This document shows, in pieces, positions 10,946-20,389 of a DNA stretch of 64,000 nucleotides. The position numbers were made by a program, and so were the translations under genes. Source of the DNA: a bacterium (GTDB lineage Bacteria > Sysuimicrobiota > Sysuimicrobiia > Sysuimicrobiales > Segetimicrobiaceae); contig DATGHZ010000038.1 in assembly GCA_035307565.1 (NCBI GenBank), positions 78,899 through 142,898 of the forward strand, in the 5' to 3' direction. Every line of letters begins with the position of its first letter. Position 1 is the stretch's first letter. The notes beneath the pieces are model-generated. The model was not told where the DNA came from. It saw only the letters and a program-made list of their open reading frames with translations, and searched no databases.

Positions 10946-11712
10946 CCGCCGTCTACGACCAGCAGGTGCCCATGCACGTAGTCGGACGCCCGGGACGCCA
11001 GAAACACGGCGGCCCCGGCGAGGTCCTCGGGCCGCCCCCACCGCCCCGCCGGGATCCGCGTCAGAATGGCCGCGTTTCGCTCCGTATCGTCGCGCAGCGA
11101 CCGGGTTAGATCCGTCTCGATGTACCCGGGGGCGATGGCGTTGACGTTGACGCCGCGGGGCGCCCATTCATTCGCCAGCAGTTTCGTCAGCTGCCCCAGC
11201 GCGCCTTTGCTCGCGGTGTAGGCGGCGATCTGGATGCCGCCTTGGAAACTCATGAGCGACGCGATGTTGATGATCTTCCCGCGGCCGCGCGGCAGCATGT
11301 CGCGCGCGGCGTCCCGGCAGAGCGAAAAGACGGCGTGCAGATTCACCTGCAGCACACGGTGCCAGTCATCCGCCGTGACATCGAGCGCCGGTCCCCGGGT
11401 GGCGGTCCCTGCGTTGTTGACGAGAATGTCGACGCGGCCGAACGACTTGACGGCCTTCGGGATCACCCGGTCCACCTGCGCGGGGTCGGACAGATCGGCC
11501 GCGATGGGGAAGCAGCGCCGGCCGAGGCGCTCGATCTCCGCGGCGAGGCCTTCCGCCGCCGTGCGGCCGACCGCGGCCACATCCGCGCCCGCCCGCGCCA
11601 GTCCCATCGCGAGGCCACGCCCAATGCCCCGGCCGGCGCCGGTGACGACGGCGACCTGGCCGCTGAGGTCGAACCATTCGGCCGCGCCCACGCGTAAGAA
11701 GGTTCGGACCAT
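10930..11712 (-). CDS. SDR-family oxidoreductase (KduD / gluconate-5-dehydrogenase-like)
   Basis: C-terminal 260 aa of ORF 10930..13191: FDLSGQVAVVTGAGRGIGRG, NNAG, YTASKGALGQLTK, and a VDGGWLAR end. The upstream part of that ORF is antisense to the sugar-binding protein gene. Confidence 0.85.
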   Translation of the reverse strand: MVRTFLRVGAAEWFDLSGQVAVVTGAGRGIGRGLAMGLARAGADVAAVGRTAAEGLAAEIERLGRRCFPIAADLSDPAQVDRVIPKAVKSFGRVDILVNNAGTATRGPALDVTADDWHRVLQVNLHAVFSLCRDAARDMLPRGRGKIINIASLMSFQGGIQIAAYTASKGALGQLTKLLANEWAPRGVNVNAIAPGYIETDLTRSLRDDTERNAAILTRIPAGRWGRPEDLAGAAVFLASRASDYVHGHLLVVDGGWLAR

Positions 11713-11796
11713 TCCACGACGGTCCTCCGCACGCTGGGGCCGTGCTCGAGCGGGTATGATACGATCCTGAGAGACGATGCAGAAGAGTCCCGCCTG

Positions 11797-13125
11797 ATGC
11801 GCCGCCCGAAGGCGAGCGCGGCCCTGCCCCTGCGAGGACGCGCGGCCGGGATCGCGGTGCTCGTCGCCGTGACCCTCGCCGCCGCCGCGGGAGGCCCGAG
11901 GTACGGGGACGGACGCCCGATGGCGGGTCCGCCGTCCGCGGAGGCGGCCGGTCCGGTCACCCTCGAGTTCTGGACGATCTCGCTGCAGCCGTTCTTCACG
12001 AAATTCATCAACGGCCTCATCGACGGCTACCAGCGCGCGCATCCCGGCGTTCGGATCCGCTGGATCGATGTGCAGCCGCAGGCGCTCGATCAGAAGCTGC
12101 TCTCCGCGATCGCGGGCGGCGTGGCCCCGGACGTCGTCAACCTCAACACGGAGACGACGCTGCGTCTCGCCCAGGAGCGCGCGCTGCTCGATATGGACGG
12201 CGCGGTGCCGGCCGACGCGCGGGCCCGCTACTTCCCGAACATCTGGGCCTCCCTGCGCCTGGACGGACGCGCCTACGGCGTGCCGTGGTACGTCACCCCG
12301 GATGTGCTCGCCTACAACCAAGCGCTGTTCGCGAAGGCGGGTCTCAACCCCGCGCATCCGCCCGCCACGACCGACGACCTCATCCGGGCGGCGGTTGTCG
12401 TGAAGAAAAAGACGGGCGTATACGGCTTCATGCCCAACGTCGACGGCATCCGGTTCCTCAAAGTCTTTCAGGAAGAAGGCCTCCCCGTGCTGAGCCCCGA
12501 CCGGCGCCGGGCGGTGTTCGACACCCCGTCGCACGTGGCGCTGCTGGCGCGCTACGTCGACCTCTTGAAGCACGACGAGTTTCCGGACGACACCCTGCGG
12601 CGGGGCTATCTCGGCGCCACGGAGCGGTACGGCGGCGGCCAGCTCGCGATGCTGACCACCGGTCCGCAGTTCCTGCTGCGTGTGCGCACGGACAACCCCG
12701 ACGTCTACCGCGCCACCGCTGTGGCGTCGGCGCCGCTTGGCCGCGGGCGCGTGCTCGACTTGCCGACAATGGACCTCGCCGTGCCGGTGTCGAGCCGCCA
12801 TCACGATGAGGCCGTCGCCTTTGCACTCTACGTCACGGACGACGCCAACCAGCTCGCATTTTCCAAGCAGGTGGACATCTTCCCCTCGACGCGTGCCGCC
12901 GCGGCGGACTCGTACTTTACGAAGGCTGGAACGAGCCCGGAGGACCGCGCGCGCGTCGTGGCCGCGCGGGAGCTGGGCACGGCGAAGGATCTCACGGTGG
13001 TCGTGCCCCACAGCGACGACTTGTACCGGGTGTTTCGCGAAGCGATTGAAAGCGCGTTCTACGGCAAGATGAACCCGGCGCAGGCGCTGCAGTGGGCCGT
13101 CCGCGAGTGGAACAAGCGGCTCTGA
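11797..13125 (+). CDS. Extracellular solute-binding protein, family 1 (CUT1 sugar ABC)
   Basis: 442-aa ORF with an N-terminal signal/anchor. The TLEFWTISLQPFFTKFINGLIDGYQRAHPGVRIRWIDV and YGVPWYVTPDVLAYN blocks are typical of sugar-binding proteins. Two MalF/MalG-type permeases follow. Confidence 0.8.
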   Translation: MRRPKASAALPLRGRAAGIAVLVAVTLAAAAGGPRYGDGRPMAGPPSAEAAGPVTLEFWTISLQPFFTKFINGLIDGYQRAHPGVRIRWIDVQPQALDQKLLSAIAGGVAPDVVNLNTETTLRLAQERALLDMDGAVPADARARYFPNIWASLRLDGRAYGVPWYVTPDVLAYNQALFAKAGLNPAHPPATTDDLIRAAVVVKKKTGVYGFMPNVDGIRFLKVFQEEGLPVLSPDRRRAVFDTPSHVALLARYVDLLKHDEFPDDTLRRGYLGATERYGGGQLAMLTTGPQFLLRVRTDNPDVYRATAVASAPLGRGRVLDLPTMDLAVPVSSRHHDEAVAFALYVTDDANQLAFSKQVDIFPSTRAAAADSYFTKAGTSPEDRARVVAARELGTAKDLTVVVPHSDDLYRVFREAIESAFYGKMNPAQALQWAVREWNKRL

Positions 13126-14114
13126 CGCCGGGCCCTCCGGACCTTCGGCCGCGCCGGACGGCCGCGGCCGAGCGCCCCCGCGAAGGGACACCCCCGCGGT
13201 CCCTCACCCCGCGGCGGCCGGACGCCGTCGGATGGCGCCGGGGCGCGCTCGGCCGCGCCACCGTCGCCTATCTCTTCCTTGCACCCGCGCTGGTGCTGCT
13301 GGCGGTCTTCACCTTCTACCCCGTCGTCTTCGGTACGGCGCTCAGCCTCTTCGACTACAACGTCATCTCGCCACCGCGCTACGTCGGCGTCTCACAGTTC
13401 GCAGCGCTGTGGCAGGACCGCTACTTCTGGACGGCGCTGCGCAACAGCGGCGTCTACCTCGCGGTCGTCCCGGCGCTCCAGCTGTCCGCGATCGTGCTGG
13501 CGCTGTGGGTGCGGCGGCCGCTGCGGGGCATCGCGTGGTTCCGGGTCGCGTACTACGTGCCGGTCGTCACCTCGATCGTCGTGGTGGGGCTGATGTGGCG
13601 CTGGCTGTACGACGAAGCCGGGCTCCTAAACTACGTGCTGCTGCGCCTGCACCTGATCGGCACGCCGATCCACTGGCTCAGCGACCCCGGGATCGCGCTG
13701 TACGCCGTGATGCTCGTGACATGGTGGAAGGGCCTCGGGTACTACATGGTCATCTACCTGGCCGGCCTCGAGGCGATCCCGTCGTACTACGACGAGGCCG
13801 CCGCCCTCGACGGCGCGGGGCCGGCCGCGCGCCTGTTCCACGTGACGATTCCGCTCCTGCGACCGAGCATTCTGCTCGCGAGCACGATTTCGATTCTCGC
13901 GGCCCTGCGGGTCTTCGAAGAAGTTTACGTGATGACAGGAGGCGGGCCGATCTTCTCGACGTACACGATCTTCTACTATATGTTCGATCAGGCGTTCAAC
14001 TCGCTGCATCTCGGCTACGCGGCGGCGATCGGCGTCGTGCTCGCGGCGATCACGGCCCTGTTCTCCGCCGTGAACTTCCGGCTGATGCGGCAGGGAGGTC
14101 TTTCCTATTATTAG
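13092..14114 (+). CDS. Sugar ABC transporter permease (MalF/UgpA-like)
   Basis: YLFLAPALVLLAVFTFYPV N-terminal block, EAA loop AALDGAGPAARLFHVTIPLLRP, and EEVYVMTGGGP. The start is uncertain. The only in-frame start seen is the GTG at 13092, which overlaps the binding-protein gene by 34 nt. Confidence 0.8.
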   Translation: MGRPRVEQAALTPGPPDLRPRRTAAAERPREGTPPRSLTPRRPDAVGWRRGALGRATVAYLFLAPALVLLAVFTFYPVVFGTALSLFDYNVISPPRYVGVSQFAALWQDRYFWTALRNSGVYLAVVPALQLSAIVLALWVRRPLRGIAWFRVAYYVPVVTSIVVVGLMWRWLYDEAGLLNYVLLRLHLIGTPIHWLSDPGIALYAVMLVTWWKGLGYYMVIYLAGLEAIPSYYDEAAALDGAGPAARLFHVTIPLLRPSILLASTISILAALRVFEEVYVMTGGGPIFSTYTIFYYMFDQAFNSLHLGYAAAIGVVLAAITALFSAVNFRLMRQGGLSYY

Positions 14115-14160
14115 GCCCGCCCGGCCCCGATCCGTCCGCCGCGCCGGCGAGACGGCCGGC

Positions 14161-14952
14161 ATGTACGCGCTGCTCTGCGCGCTCGCCGTGGTCACGGTAT
14201 TCCCGTTTCTGTGGCTGCTCGCGACGGCGCTCGGCTCGCGCGGCGCCGTGTTCGCGTTCCCGCCCGCGCTGGTGCCCCACCCCGCCACGCTCGCCAACTT
14301 CGCCGGCGTCTGGCGGACGATGCCCGTCGGCCGGTTCTTCGTCAACACGATCTACATCACGGGCATGGGGATTGTGCTCACGCTGCTCGTGAGCGCGCTC
14401 GCCGGGTATCCGCTCGCCCGGATGCGGTTTCCGGGCCGCGACCAGATCTTCTACGCGATCGTCGCGAGCCTGATGCTCCCCCAGCACGTCGGCCTGATCC
14501 TAAACTTCGTCACGATGATGCGCCTGCATCTGGTGGACACGTACGCGGCGGTGTACCTGCCGAGCCTCGCCAGCGTCTTCGGGATCTTCCTGCTCCGGCA
14601 GGCGTACCTGGTCGTGCCGGCGGAGATCGAGGACGCGGCCCGGATCGACGGCGCCGGCGAACTGCGCCTGTGGGCGCAGGTGATGCTGCCGCTCGTCGCG
14701 CCGGCGCTCGCGACGCTCGCGATCGTGGAATTCTCGGCCTACTGGAACTCGTTTCTCTGGCCGCTCATCGTGCTGAAGTCGCCGGATCGCTACCCGCTCG
14801 CGGTCGGCCTGCTGTACCTGTCGGGCCTGTTCGCACACAACACGCGCTACGTCGCGGCGGGCGCCGTGCTCATGACGGTCCCGGTCATTGCCGTGTTCGT
14901 GGCGCTGCAGCGGTACTTTCTGCGGGGGATCATGCTCGGCGCGGTCAAGTGA
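14161..14952 (+). CDS. Sugar ABC transporter permease (MalG/UgpE-like)
   Basis: VTVFPFLWLLATAL N-terminus, EAA loop DAARIDGAGELRLWAQVMLPLVAPALA, and WNSFLWPLIVL. Confidence 0.85.
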   Translation: MYALLCALAVVTVFPFLWLLATALGSRGAVFAFPPALVPHPATLANFAGVWRTMPVGRFFVNTIYITGMGIVLTLLVSALAGYPLARMRFPGRDQIFYAIVASLMLPQHVGLILNFVTMMRLHLVDTYAAVYLPSLASVFGIFLLRQAYLVVPAEIEDAARIDGAGELRLWAQVMLPLVAPALATLAIVEFSAYWNSFLWPLIVLKSPDRYPLAVGLLYLSGLFAHNTRYVAAGAVLMTVPVIAVFVALQRYFLRGIMLGAVK

Positions 14953-14965
14953 GCCGCACGCGTCC

Positions 14966-16489
14966 ATGAAGATCGCGTTTCTGCCGCTCGACGAACGGCC
15001 GGTGACACGGGACGCCTTCCTCCGGCTCGCCGCGATCGCCGGCGCGGAGGTGGTCACGCCCGCGCGCGAGCGGTTGGGCGAACTCAAGCGGCCGGCGGAC
15101 GTCGAGGCGCTCTGGGGCTGGCTCGGGGATCTGGGCGCGGACGCGGACCTCGTGATCGCGTCGACGGAACTGCTCATCTACGGCGGGTTGGTGCCGTCCC
15201 GGGTCGGCCGCGAACCGCTCGACCGGTGCCTCGCGCTGGCCGACCGGTGGCGCGAGACCCGCCGCGCGGCGCCGCGCCGCCCGATCTTCCTATCCGCGAG
15301 CAATCTGCGCCTGCCGAACAGCGACGATGCGACCGAGGAACCGGACTACTGGGTGGAGTACGGCCGGCAGATCTTCGCGCACAGTTTTCACGAGGACCGC
15401 TACGAGGCCACCGGCGATGCGGCATCGCGCGAGCGCGCCGCGGCGGCGGCCGCGGCGGTGCCGGGGCCGGTGCTGGCCGATGTGCGCTGGCGCCGAGCGC
15501 GTAACCTCGCGGTCCTCCGGCGCCTCATCGAGTTCGCGGCGGCGGGCGTGTTCGACGGACTGCTCATCGGCCAGGACGACGCCGCGGAGTACGGCTGGAC
15601 CCGGCGCGATCTGCGAGCCGTGAGCGCCGCGGTGGCGGAGCACCGCGCCGGAGGCCGGGCGTGGGTGACCTACGGGACGGACGAACTGACCGCCCGCCTC
15701 CTTGCGCGCGACGTCGTGACCCGGCGCGCCGGGGCGACGCCGGACGGTGAACCCCCGCGCGTACGGGTCACCTACTCGTCGCCGGCGCACCGGGCCGTGA
15801 TCCCGCGATACGAAGGCCAGGCGCTCGATCTGACCGTGACCTCCCACATCGAGACCGCCGGCTGCCGGCGTGTCGACGGGGCCGCGGAGTTGTGCCTGCT
15901 CGTGCACAACTCGCCCGGCGAGCAGCGGGAAGCCCCGGAGCAGGCCTCCTACCCGAGCTCGCAGCTCGACGGCTTCTTTGCGGCACTCGACGAGGCACGG
16001 GCGGCCGGCATCCCGTGCGCGCTCGCCGATGTCCGGTACAGCAACGGCGCCGACCGGGTGCTCGTGGACCGGGTGCTCGCGGGGCCCCGCGCCTCCGGGC
16101 TGTCCGCGTACGGCGGCTGGAACACCGCCAGCAATACGCTCGGGATGGCCCTCGCGCAGGGGCTGCTGTCGGGACCCGGCGCCGCTGGCGGCGCGGCCGG
16201 CGAGCGGGCCAACCGGGACTTCACGATCTTGCGGCTGCTCGACGATTGGGGCTATCAGGCGATTGTGCGCCAGCGCCTTGCGGCGGAGATTCTGCCGCGC
16301 TTCCCCGGTGCCGGCGCCTCCGACGTCGGTCCGGCGTACTCCGCCTGCGCCGAGGCGGCGCGCACATGGCTCGAGGCCGCCTGCGTGCCGCCGGTCGCCT
16401 CCTCGTTCCGCGTCCCGATCGCGATCGGGCGGGTCGGTTTTCCCTGGAACCGCCTGTTCCACGTCGCGCTGGATCTCCGCATCGGGTGA
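14966..16489 (+). CDS. DUF4127-like protein (function unknown)
   Basis: The internal ATG at 14966 lies 14 nt after the permease stop. From memory, the MKIAFLPLDERPVT.. start, LLIYGGLVPSR, GQDDAAEYGW and C-terminal YGGWNTASNTLGMALAQG blocks match the DUF4127 pattern. Not verified by search. Confidence 0.55.
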   Translation: MKIAFLPLDERPVTRDAFLRLAAIAGAEVVTPARERLGELKRPADVEALWGWLGDLGADADLVIASTELLIYGGLVPSRVGREPLDRCLALADRWRETRRAAPRRPIFLSASNLRLPNSDDATEEPDYWVEYGRQIFAHSFHEDRYEATGDAASRERAAAAAAAVPGPVLADVRWRRARNLAVLRRLIEFAAAGVFDGLLIGQDDAAEYGWTRRDLRAVSAAVAEHRAGGRAWVTYGTDELTARLLARDVVTRRAGATPDGEPPRVRVTYSSPAHRAVIPRYEGQALDLTVTSHIETAGCRRVDGAAELCLLVHNSPGEQREAPEQASYPSSQLDGFFAALDEARAAGIPCALADVRYSNGADRVLVDRVLAGPRASGLSAYGGWNTASNTLGMALAQGLLSGPGAAGGAAGERANRDFTILRLLDDWGYQAIVRQRLAAEILPRFPGAGASDVGPAYSACAEAARTWLEAACVPPVASSFRVPIAIGRVGFPWNRLFHVALDLRIG

Positions 16490-17478
16490 GCGCCCCGTTC
16501 GAACTGCGTCCGTTCGACCCCGCGCGCGCCGGCGAGATCGTGGCGGTCTGGAACGCGGCGGCGGGCGGGCCGTTCCCGCTGCGCGAGGCGCTGTTTTTGC
16601 AGAACACGGTGCAGGACCCGCATTTCGATCCCGCCGGGGCGGTCATCGCGTGCGAGCCGTCCACGGGACGCGTGGTCGGGTGCGGTATTGCCAAGGTGGC
16701 GCGCGTGCCGCTGGGCGCCGACGGGCTGCGTCCGGACCGCGGATGGCTGAGTTTCGTCGTCGTGCATCCGGATCAGCAGCGCCGCGGCCTCGGGACCGCG
16801 CTGCTCCGTGCCGGGGAAGCGTTCCTGCGCGCCAAGGAGCGGCCGGCCGCGATGCTCGGCAGCGACCCGGCGCACTTCTTCCCCGGGGTCCCCGACGACA
16901 CCGACGCCTCGGGGTTCTTCGAAGCGCAGGGCTATGCGTTGCGTGGCGAGGCCTACGATCTGTGCCGGTCCTTGCGCGGCTACCGGACGCCGCCCGCGGT
17001 CGCGGAGGCGCTGCGGGACAACGCCGGCGTCGACATCCGGTCGCTCGTGCACGGCGAAGAGGCGGCCCTGCTGGCGTTTCTCGACGCGACGTTCCCGGGC
17101 CGGTGGCGGTACACGATCGGGCGGTTCCTGGACGGCGGGGGCCCGATCGGCGACATCGTGGGCGCCGTGCGCGGCGGCACAGTCTCTGGGTTCGCGCAGC
17201 TCTTTCACCCGGCCTCGCGGTGGATCGGTCCAAGCGTCGCGTGGGGAACGCCCGGCGCCGGACCCGACGCGCGGACCGGAGGGCTCGGGCCGATGGGCCT
17301 TTCCTCCGCGCTCCGCGGCCGGGGCCTCGGCCTGGCGCTCGTCGACCGCGCGATCGTCCATCTCGCGGCCCTGGGCGTGGACGACATGGTGATCGACTGG
17401 ACGATCCTGCTCGAATTCTATGGGAGACTCGGCTTCACGCCGTGCCGGCGCTACCGTCACAGCGAGCGATCGTTGTGA
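16486..17478 (+). CDS. GNAT-family N-acetyltransferase with two acetyltransferase-like halves
   Basis: The GTG at 16486 overlaps the upstream stop (GTGA). It is read in the frame of ORF 15892..17478. There are two acetyl-CoA-type motifs: VVHPDQQRRGLGTALL and SSALRGRGLGLALV. Confidence 0.7.
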   Translation: MSAPFELRPFDPARAGEIVAVWNAAAGGPFPLREALFLQNTVQDPHFDPAGAVIACEPSTGRVVGCGIAKVARVPLGADGLRPDRGWLSFVVVHPDQQRRGLGTALLRAGEAFLRAKERPAAMLGSDPAHFFPGVPDDTDASGFFEAQGYALRGEAYDLCRSLRGYRTPPAVAEALRDNAGVDIRSLVHGEEAALLAFLDATFPGRWRYTIGRFLDGGGPIGDIVGAVRGGTVSGFAQLFHPASRWIGPSVAWGTPGAGPDARTGGLGPMGLSSALRGRGLGLALVDRAIVHLAALGVDDMVIDWTILLEFYGRLGFTPCRRYRHSERSL

Positions 17479-17601
17479 CGCTGCCTGCGCCGGCGCCTCG
17501 GGCGCCAAGACTTCGCACCGGTCCGGCGAATGTCACTCGCTGTCGCTCGCAGCATGATGGCCGAAGCCGAGAATCGTTGAACCGGCCGTGATGGGGGGCG
17601 C

Positions 17602-19119
17602 GTGGTGACGCCGTCTGATCTCGTGGGCGAGTTGTTCATGGTGGACTTCACCGGCCTTGAGCCGTCGGCGGAGATCGTGCGCCTCGTCCGCGACGGCGTC
17701 GGCGGCGTCGTGCTGTTCGACAAGAACGTCGCCGAGCCGGCGCAAATCGCCTCGCTGACAAACGCCCTCCAGCGGATCGCCGCGGACGCCGGCCGCCCGC
17801 CGCTGCTCATCAGCATGGATCAGGAAGGCGGTCCCGTCGTGCGCCTGCGCGCCGGCGCGACGCATTTTCCGAGCGCGATGGCGTTCGGCGCGGCCGGCAG
17901 CGAAGCCCTCGTCGCTTCCGCGGCCGGGATCACCGCGCGGGAACTCCGCGCCGTCGGTGTCCAGATGAACTTCGCGCCCGTTCTCGACGTGAACACCAAT
18001 CCCCTCAACCCGGTGATCGGGGTGCGCTCTTACGGCGAAGACCCTGAGCGCGTGGGCCGTCTCGGCACCGCGGCCGTGCGCGCGCTCGAGGTGTCCGGCG
18101 TCGCGGCGACGGTCAAGCACTTTCCCGGGCACGGCGACACATCGGTGGACTCGCATCTCGGCCTGCCCGTGGTGGAGCACGATCTCCGCCACCTGGACCG
18201 GATGGAATTGGCGCCGTACCGCCCGGTCATCGCGGCGGGCTGCGCCGCCGTGATGACGGCCCACATCATCTTTCGCGCGCTCGACCCCGAGCGACCCGCG
18301 ACCGTCTCGCCCGCCGTGCTGGGCTTCCTCCGTGAGCGGCTGGGCTTCACCGGGGTCCTGGTCACAGATTCGATGGCGATGGATGCGATTACGGGGTACG
18401 CGTCCCGGGGGGAAGCGGCCGTGCAGGCGGTGCTGGCGGGCGCCGATATCATCCTCGCGTGCGGCGCGCACGAGGCGCAGCAGGAAGCGCTCCACGCCGT
18501 GCGCGCGGCCGCATCGCACGGACGCATCCCGCCCGGCCGGATCGAAGACGCCGCCGCGCGCGTCCGCGCGCTGAAAGAGCGGTTCAAAGTCGGTGAGCGC
18601 GCGATCGTCCCCGTCGACGAGATCCCGCGCCGCGTCGGGGTACCGGCGCATCAGGTGGTCGCGGACCGCGCCGGGGAAGCCGCGGTGACTCTGGTCCGCG
18701 ACCCGGAGCGCCTGCTCGCGCTGGGTCCCGGTCCGGTCGAGGTGGTGGACGGGGCCGCGGGCGAGGCCACGGCCGTGCGCCTCGCGGATGCGCTGCGCGC
18801 GGCGGGGCGCGACGCGGTGACGGTACCGGCCGAGGGACTCGCGCCGGACCGCGGTGCGGTCCGCGTCGTGCCGGTGGGCCATCCGCGGCGCGACACGCCG
18901 GAGACGCGGGCCGCCGCGGCGCGCGTCGCGCATGCCGCGGCGGCCGCGGGTCCGCTCATCGCCGTCGCCACGGGCGCCCCGTACGTGCTTACCGAGGTGC
19001 CCGGGCGCGCGACGTGTCTTGCCGTCTACGGCGACGACCCGGCCTCGCTCCGCGCGGCGGCGCGGGCGCTTGCCGGGCTCATCACGCCGCAGGGCGTGCT
19101 CCCCGTAGCGCTCTCCTGA
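17602..19119 (+). CDS. Glycoside hydrolase family 3 beta-N-acetylhexosaminidase (NagZ-like) with C-terminal extension
   Basis: LISMDQEGGPVVRL, KHFPGHGDTSVDSHLGLP and VTDSMAMDAI blocks, which are the GH3 NagZ signature region. 505 aa. Confidence 0.85.
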   Translation: MVTPSDLVGELFMVDFTGLEPSAEIVRLVRDGVGGVVLFDKNVAEPAQIASLTNALQRIAADAGRPPLLISMDQEGGPVVRLRAGATHFPSAMAFGAAGSEALVASAAGITARELRAVGVQMNFAPVLDVNTNPLNPVIGVRSYGEDPERVGRLGTAAVRALEVSGVAATVKHFPGHGDTSVDSHLGLPVVEHDLRHLDRMELAPYRPVIAAGCAAVMTAHIIFRALDPERPATVSPAVLGFLRERLGFTGVLVTDSMAMDAITGYASRGEAAVQAVLAGADIILACGAHEAQQEALHAVRAAASHGRIPPGRIEDAAARVRALKERFKVGERAIVPVDEIPRRVGVPAHQVVADRAGEAAVTLVRDPERLLALGPGPVEVVDGAAGEATAVRLADALRAAGRDAVTVPAEGLAPDRGAVRVVPVGHPRRDTPETRAAAARVAHAAAAAGPLIAVATGAPYVLTEVPGRATCLAVYGDDPASLRAAARALAGLITPQGVLPVALS

Positions 19120-19228
19120 CCGGACCGTGATCCGGCGCGGTGCCCCACATCGCGCCCCGATCGTGGGTATAACCTGAACAACCGCTCAGCGGCAGTGTCT
19201 TATCAATGTCCGAGATCGATGCATTGAC

Positions 19229-20389
19229 TCATGCGGTGCCGAGCCTGATCACGCGCGCACTCAGCCGCGCGGCCACGCTCGACAGCCCAAGCCGCGTCGC
19301 GAGCCGCAGGGCCTCGCCGGCGGCCGCGAGCGCGCCCGCGAGATCCCCAGCGCGCGTGCGAATCTTGGCGGCTTCCTCGAGGACGTGCACGCGGTAGAGG
19401 TCGGCCGTCCGCCACGACGCCGCCTCCGCCTCGACCCGCGCCCGCCGGGCCCCCTCCGCCCCGGTGAGACGATAGGCGCGGCTGAGCCGCCGCAACGCCC
19501 GCCAGCGGTCGCGGGGCCCCGTCGCCTGCCCCACCGCGCGGTCGAAGCACTGGGCCGCGCGCGCGTGGTCCCCGCGCCGTGCGAGCAGCATGCCGGCGCC
19601 TTCCCAGTCGAACGGGACCCGTGACCGCTCGAGATCGCGCAGCGTTCGGATCACCTCGCCGTGGAGAGCGACCATGGCCAGCAGGTCGGCGCGGTTGTGG
19701 GCGAGCACCGGTTCGAGCGCCGTCCGATCACCGGAGCGCAGATAGCCGACATAGATGCCGGGGATCAGCCATCCGGGGACGTCGTCGTGCCGTGGAGCGC
19801 CGATGACGTGCGCCTCGAGGGTGCTGAGCCGGTGCGTGCCGAGCACCCGGTGCCACAACCGGCGCGCGGGGGTGATTAGATCCGTATGGACCTCGGGCGC
19901 GGCAGGCCGCTGCCGGGCCAGGATAAACCGCGATTCGAGAATCGGCCAGTCGAACCGTCGACCGTTGAACGTCACGAGGTGGGGCCGCCCGGCGAGGCGT
20001 TCGCCGACCGCCGCGAGCAGGTGCGCCTCTGAGCGAAGGCGCCGCAGCAGAAATTGTTCCGTGACGAGCGTCTCGCCGTCGAGGTACGCGAGGCCGATCA
20101 GGAAGGCGTAGGTGCCGGTTCCTCCCGCGAGACCGGTCGTCTCGGTGTCGAGCCAGACCAGGCCGGCCGCGGCCCCCGCGTGCTCGGCCGCGACCCATCC
20201 GAGACTCGCCCCGATTTCGACGGCCCCGTGGCGGTGGGCGAAGGCGTACCGGCCGCGCACGATCTCAATACCGTCCGCGGTCTCCGCGCCCGCGGAGGCG
20301 GCCGGCCGGCGGGGAGACGGGACGCCGCCGCCGTAGCGCCGCAGGCGCTCCCGGAGGCGCTCGAGCGCCGCGGCGTCAGGCGGGCACAC
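19229..20389 (-). CDS. RNase H-fold DEDD exonuclease with C-terminal TPR-like region (MrfB/YprB-like)
   Basis: WLDTETTGL, FNGRRFDWPIL and HNRADLLAM motifs, followed by helical repeats in the C-terminal part. The gene overlaps the upstream helicase gene by 14 nt. Confidence 0.7.
   Translation of the reverse strand: MCPPDAAALERLRERLRRYGGGVPSPRRPAASAGAETADGIEIVRGRYAFAHRHGAVEIGASLGWVAAEHAGAAAGLVWLDTETTGLAGGTGTYAFLIGLAYLDGETLVTEQFLLRRLRSEAHLLAAVGERLAGRPHLVTFNGRRFDWPILESRFILARQRPAAPEVHTDLITPARRLWHRVLGTHRLSTLEAHVIGAPRHDDVPGWLIPGIYVGYLRSGDRTALEPVLAHNRADLLAMVALHGEVIRTLRDLERSRVPFDWEGAGMLLARRGDHARAAQCFDRAVGQATGPRDRWRALRRLSRAYRLTGAEGARRARVEAEAASWRTADLYRVHVLEEAAKIRTRAGDLAGALAAAGEALRLATRLGLSSVAARLSARVIRLGTA

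Noticed and set aside
15870-17591. 573-aa and 528-aa plus-strand ORFs overlapping the DUF4127-like gene in other frames
   Set aside because: Only the last 330 aa of ORF 15892..17478 (from the GTG at 16486) look like a real protein, the GNAT. The upstream parts are Arg/Pro-rich out-of-frame read-through of the DUF4127-like gene.
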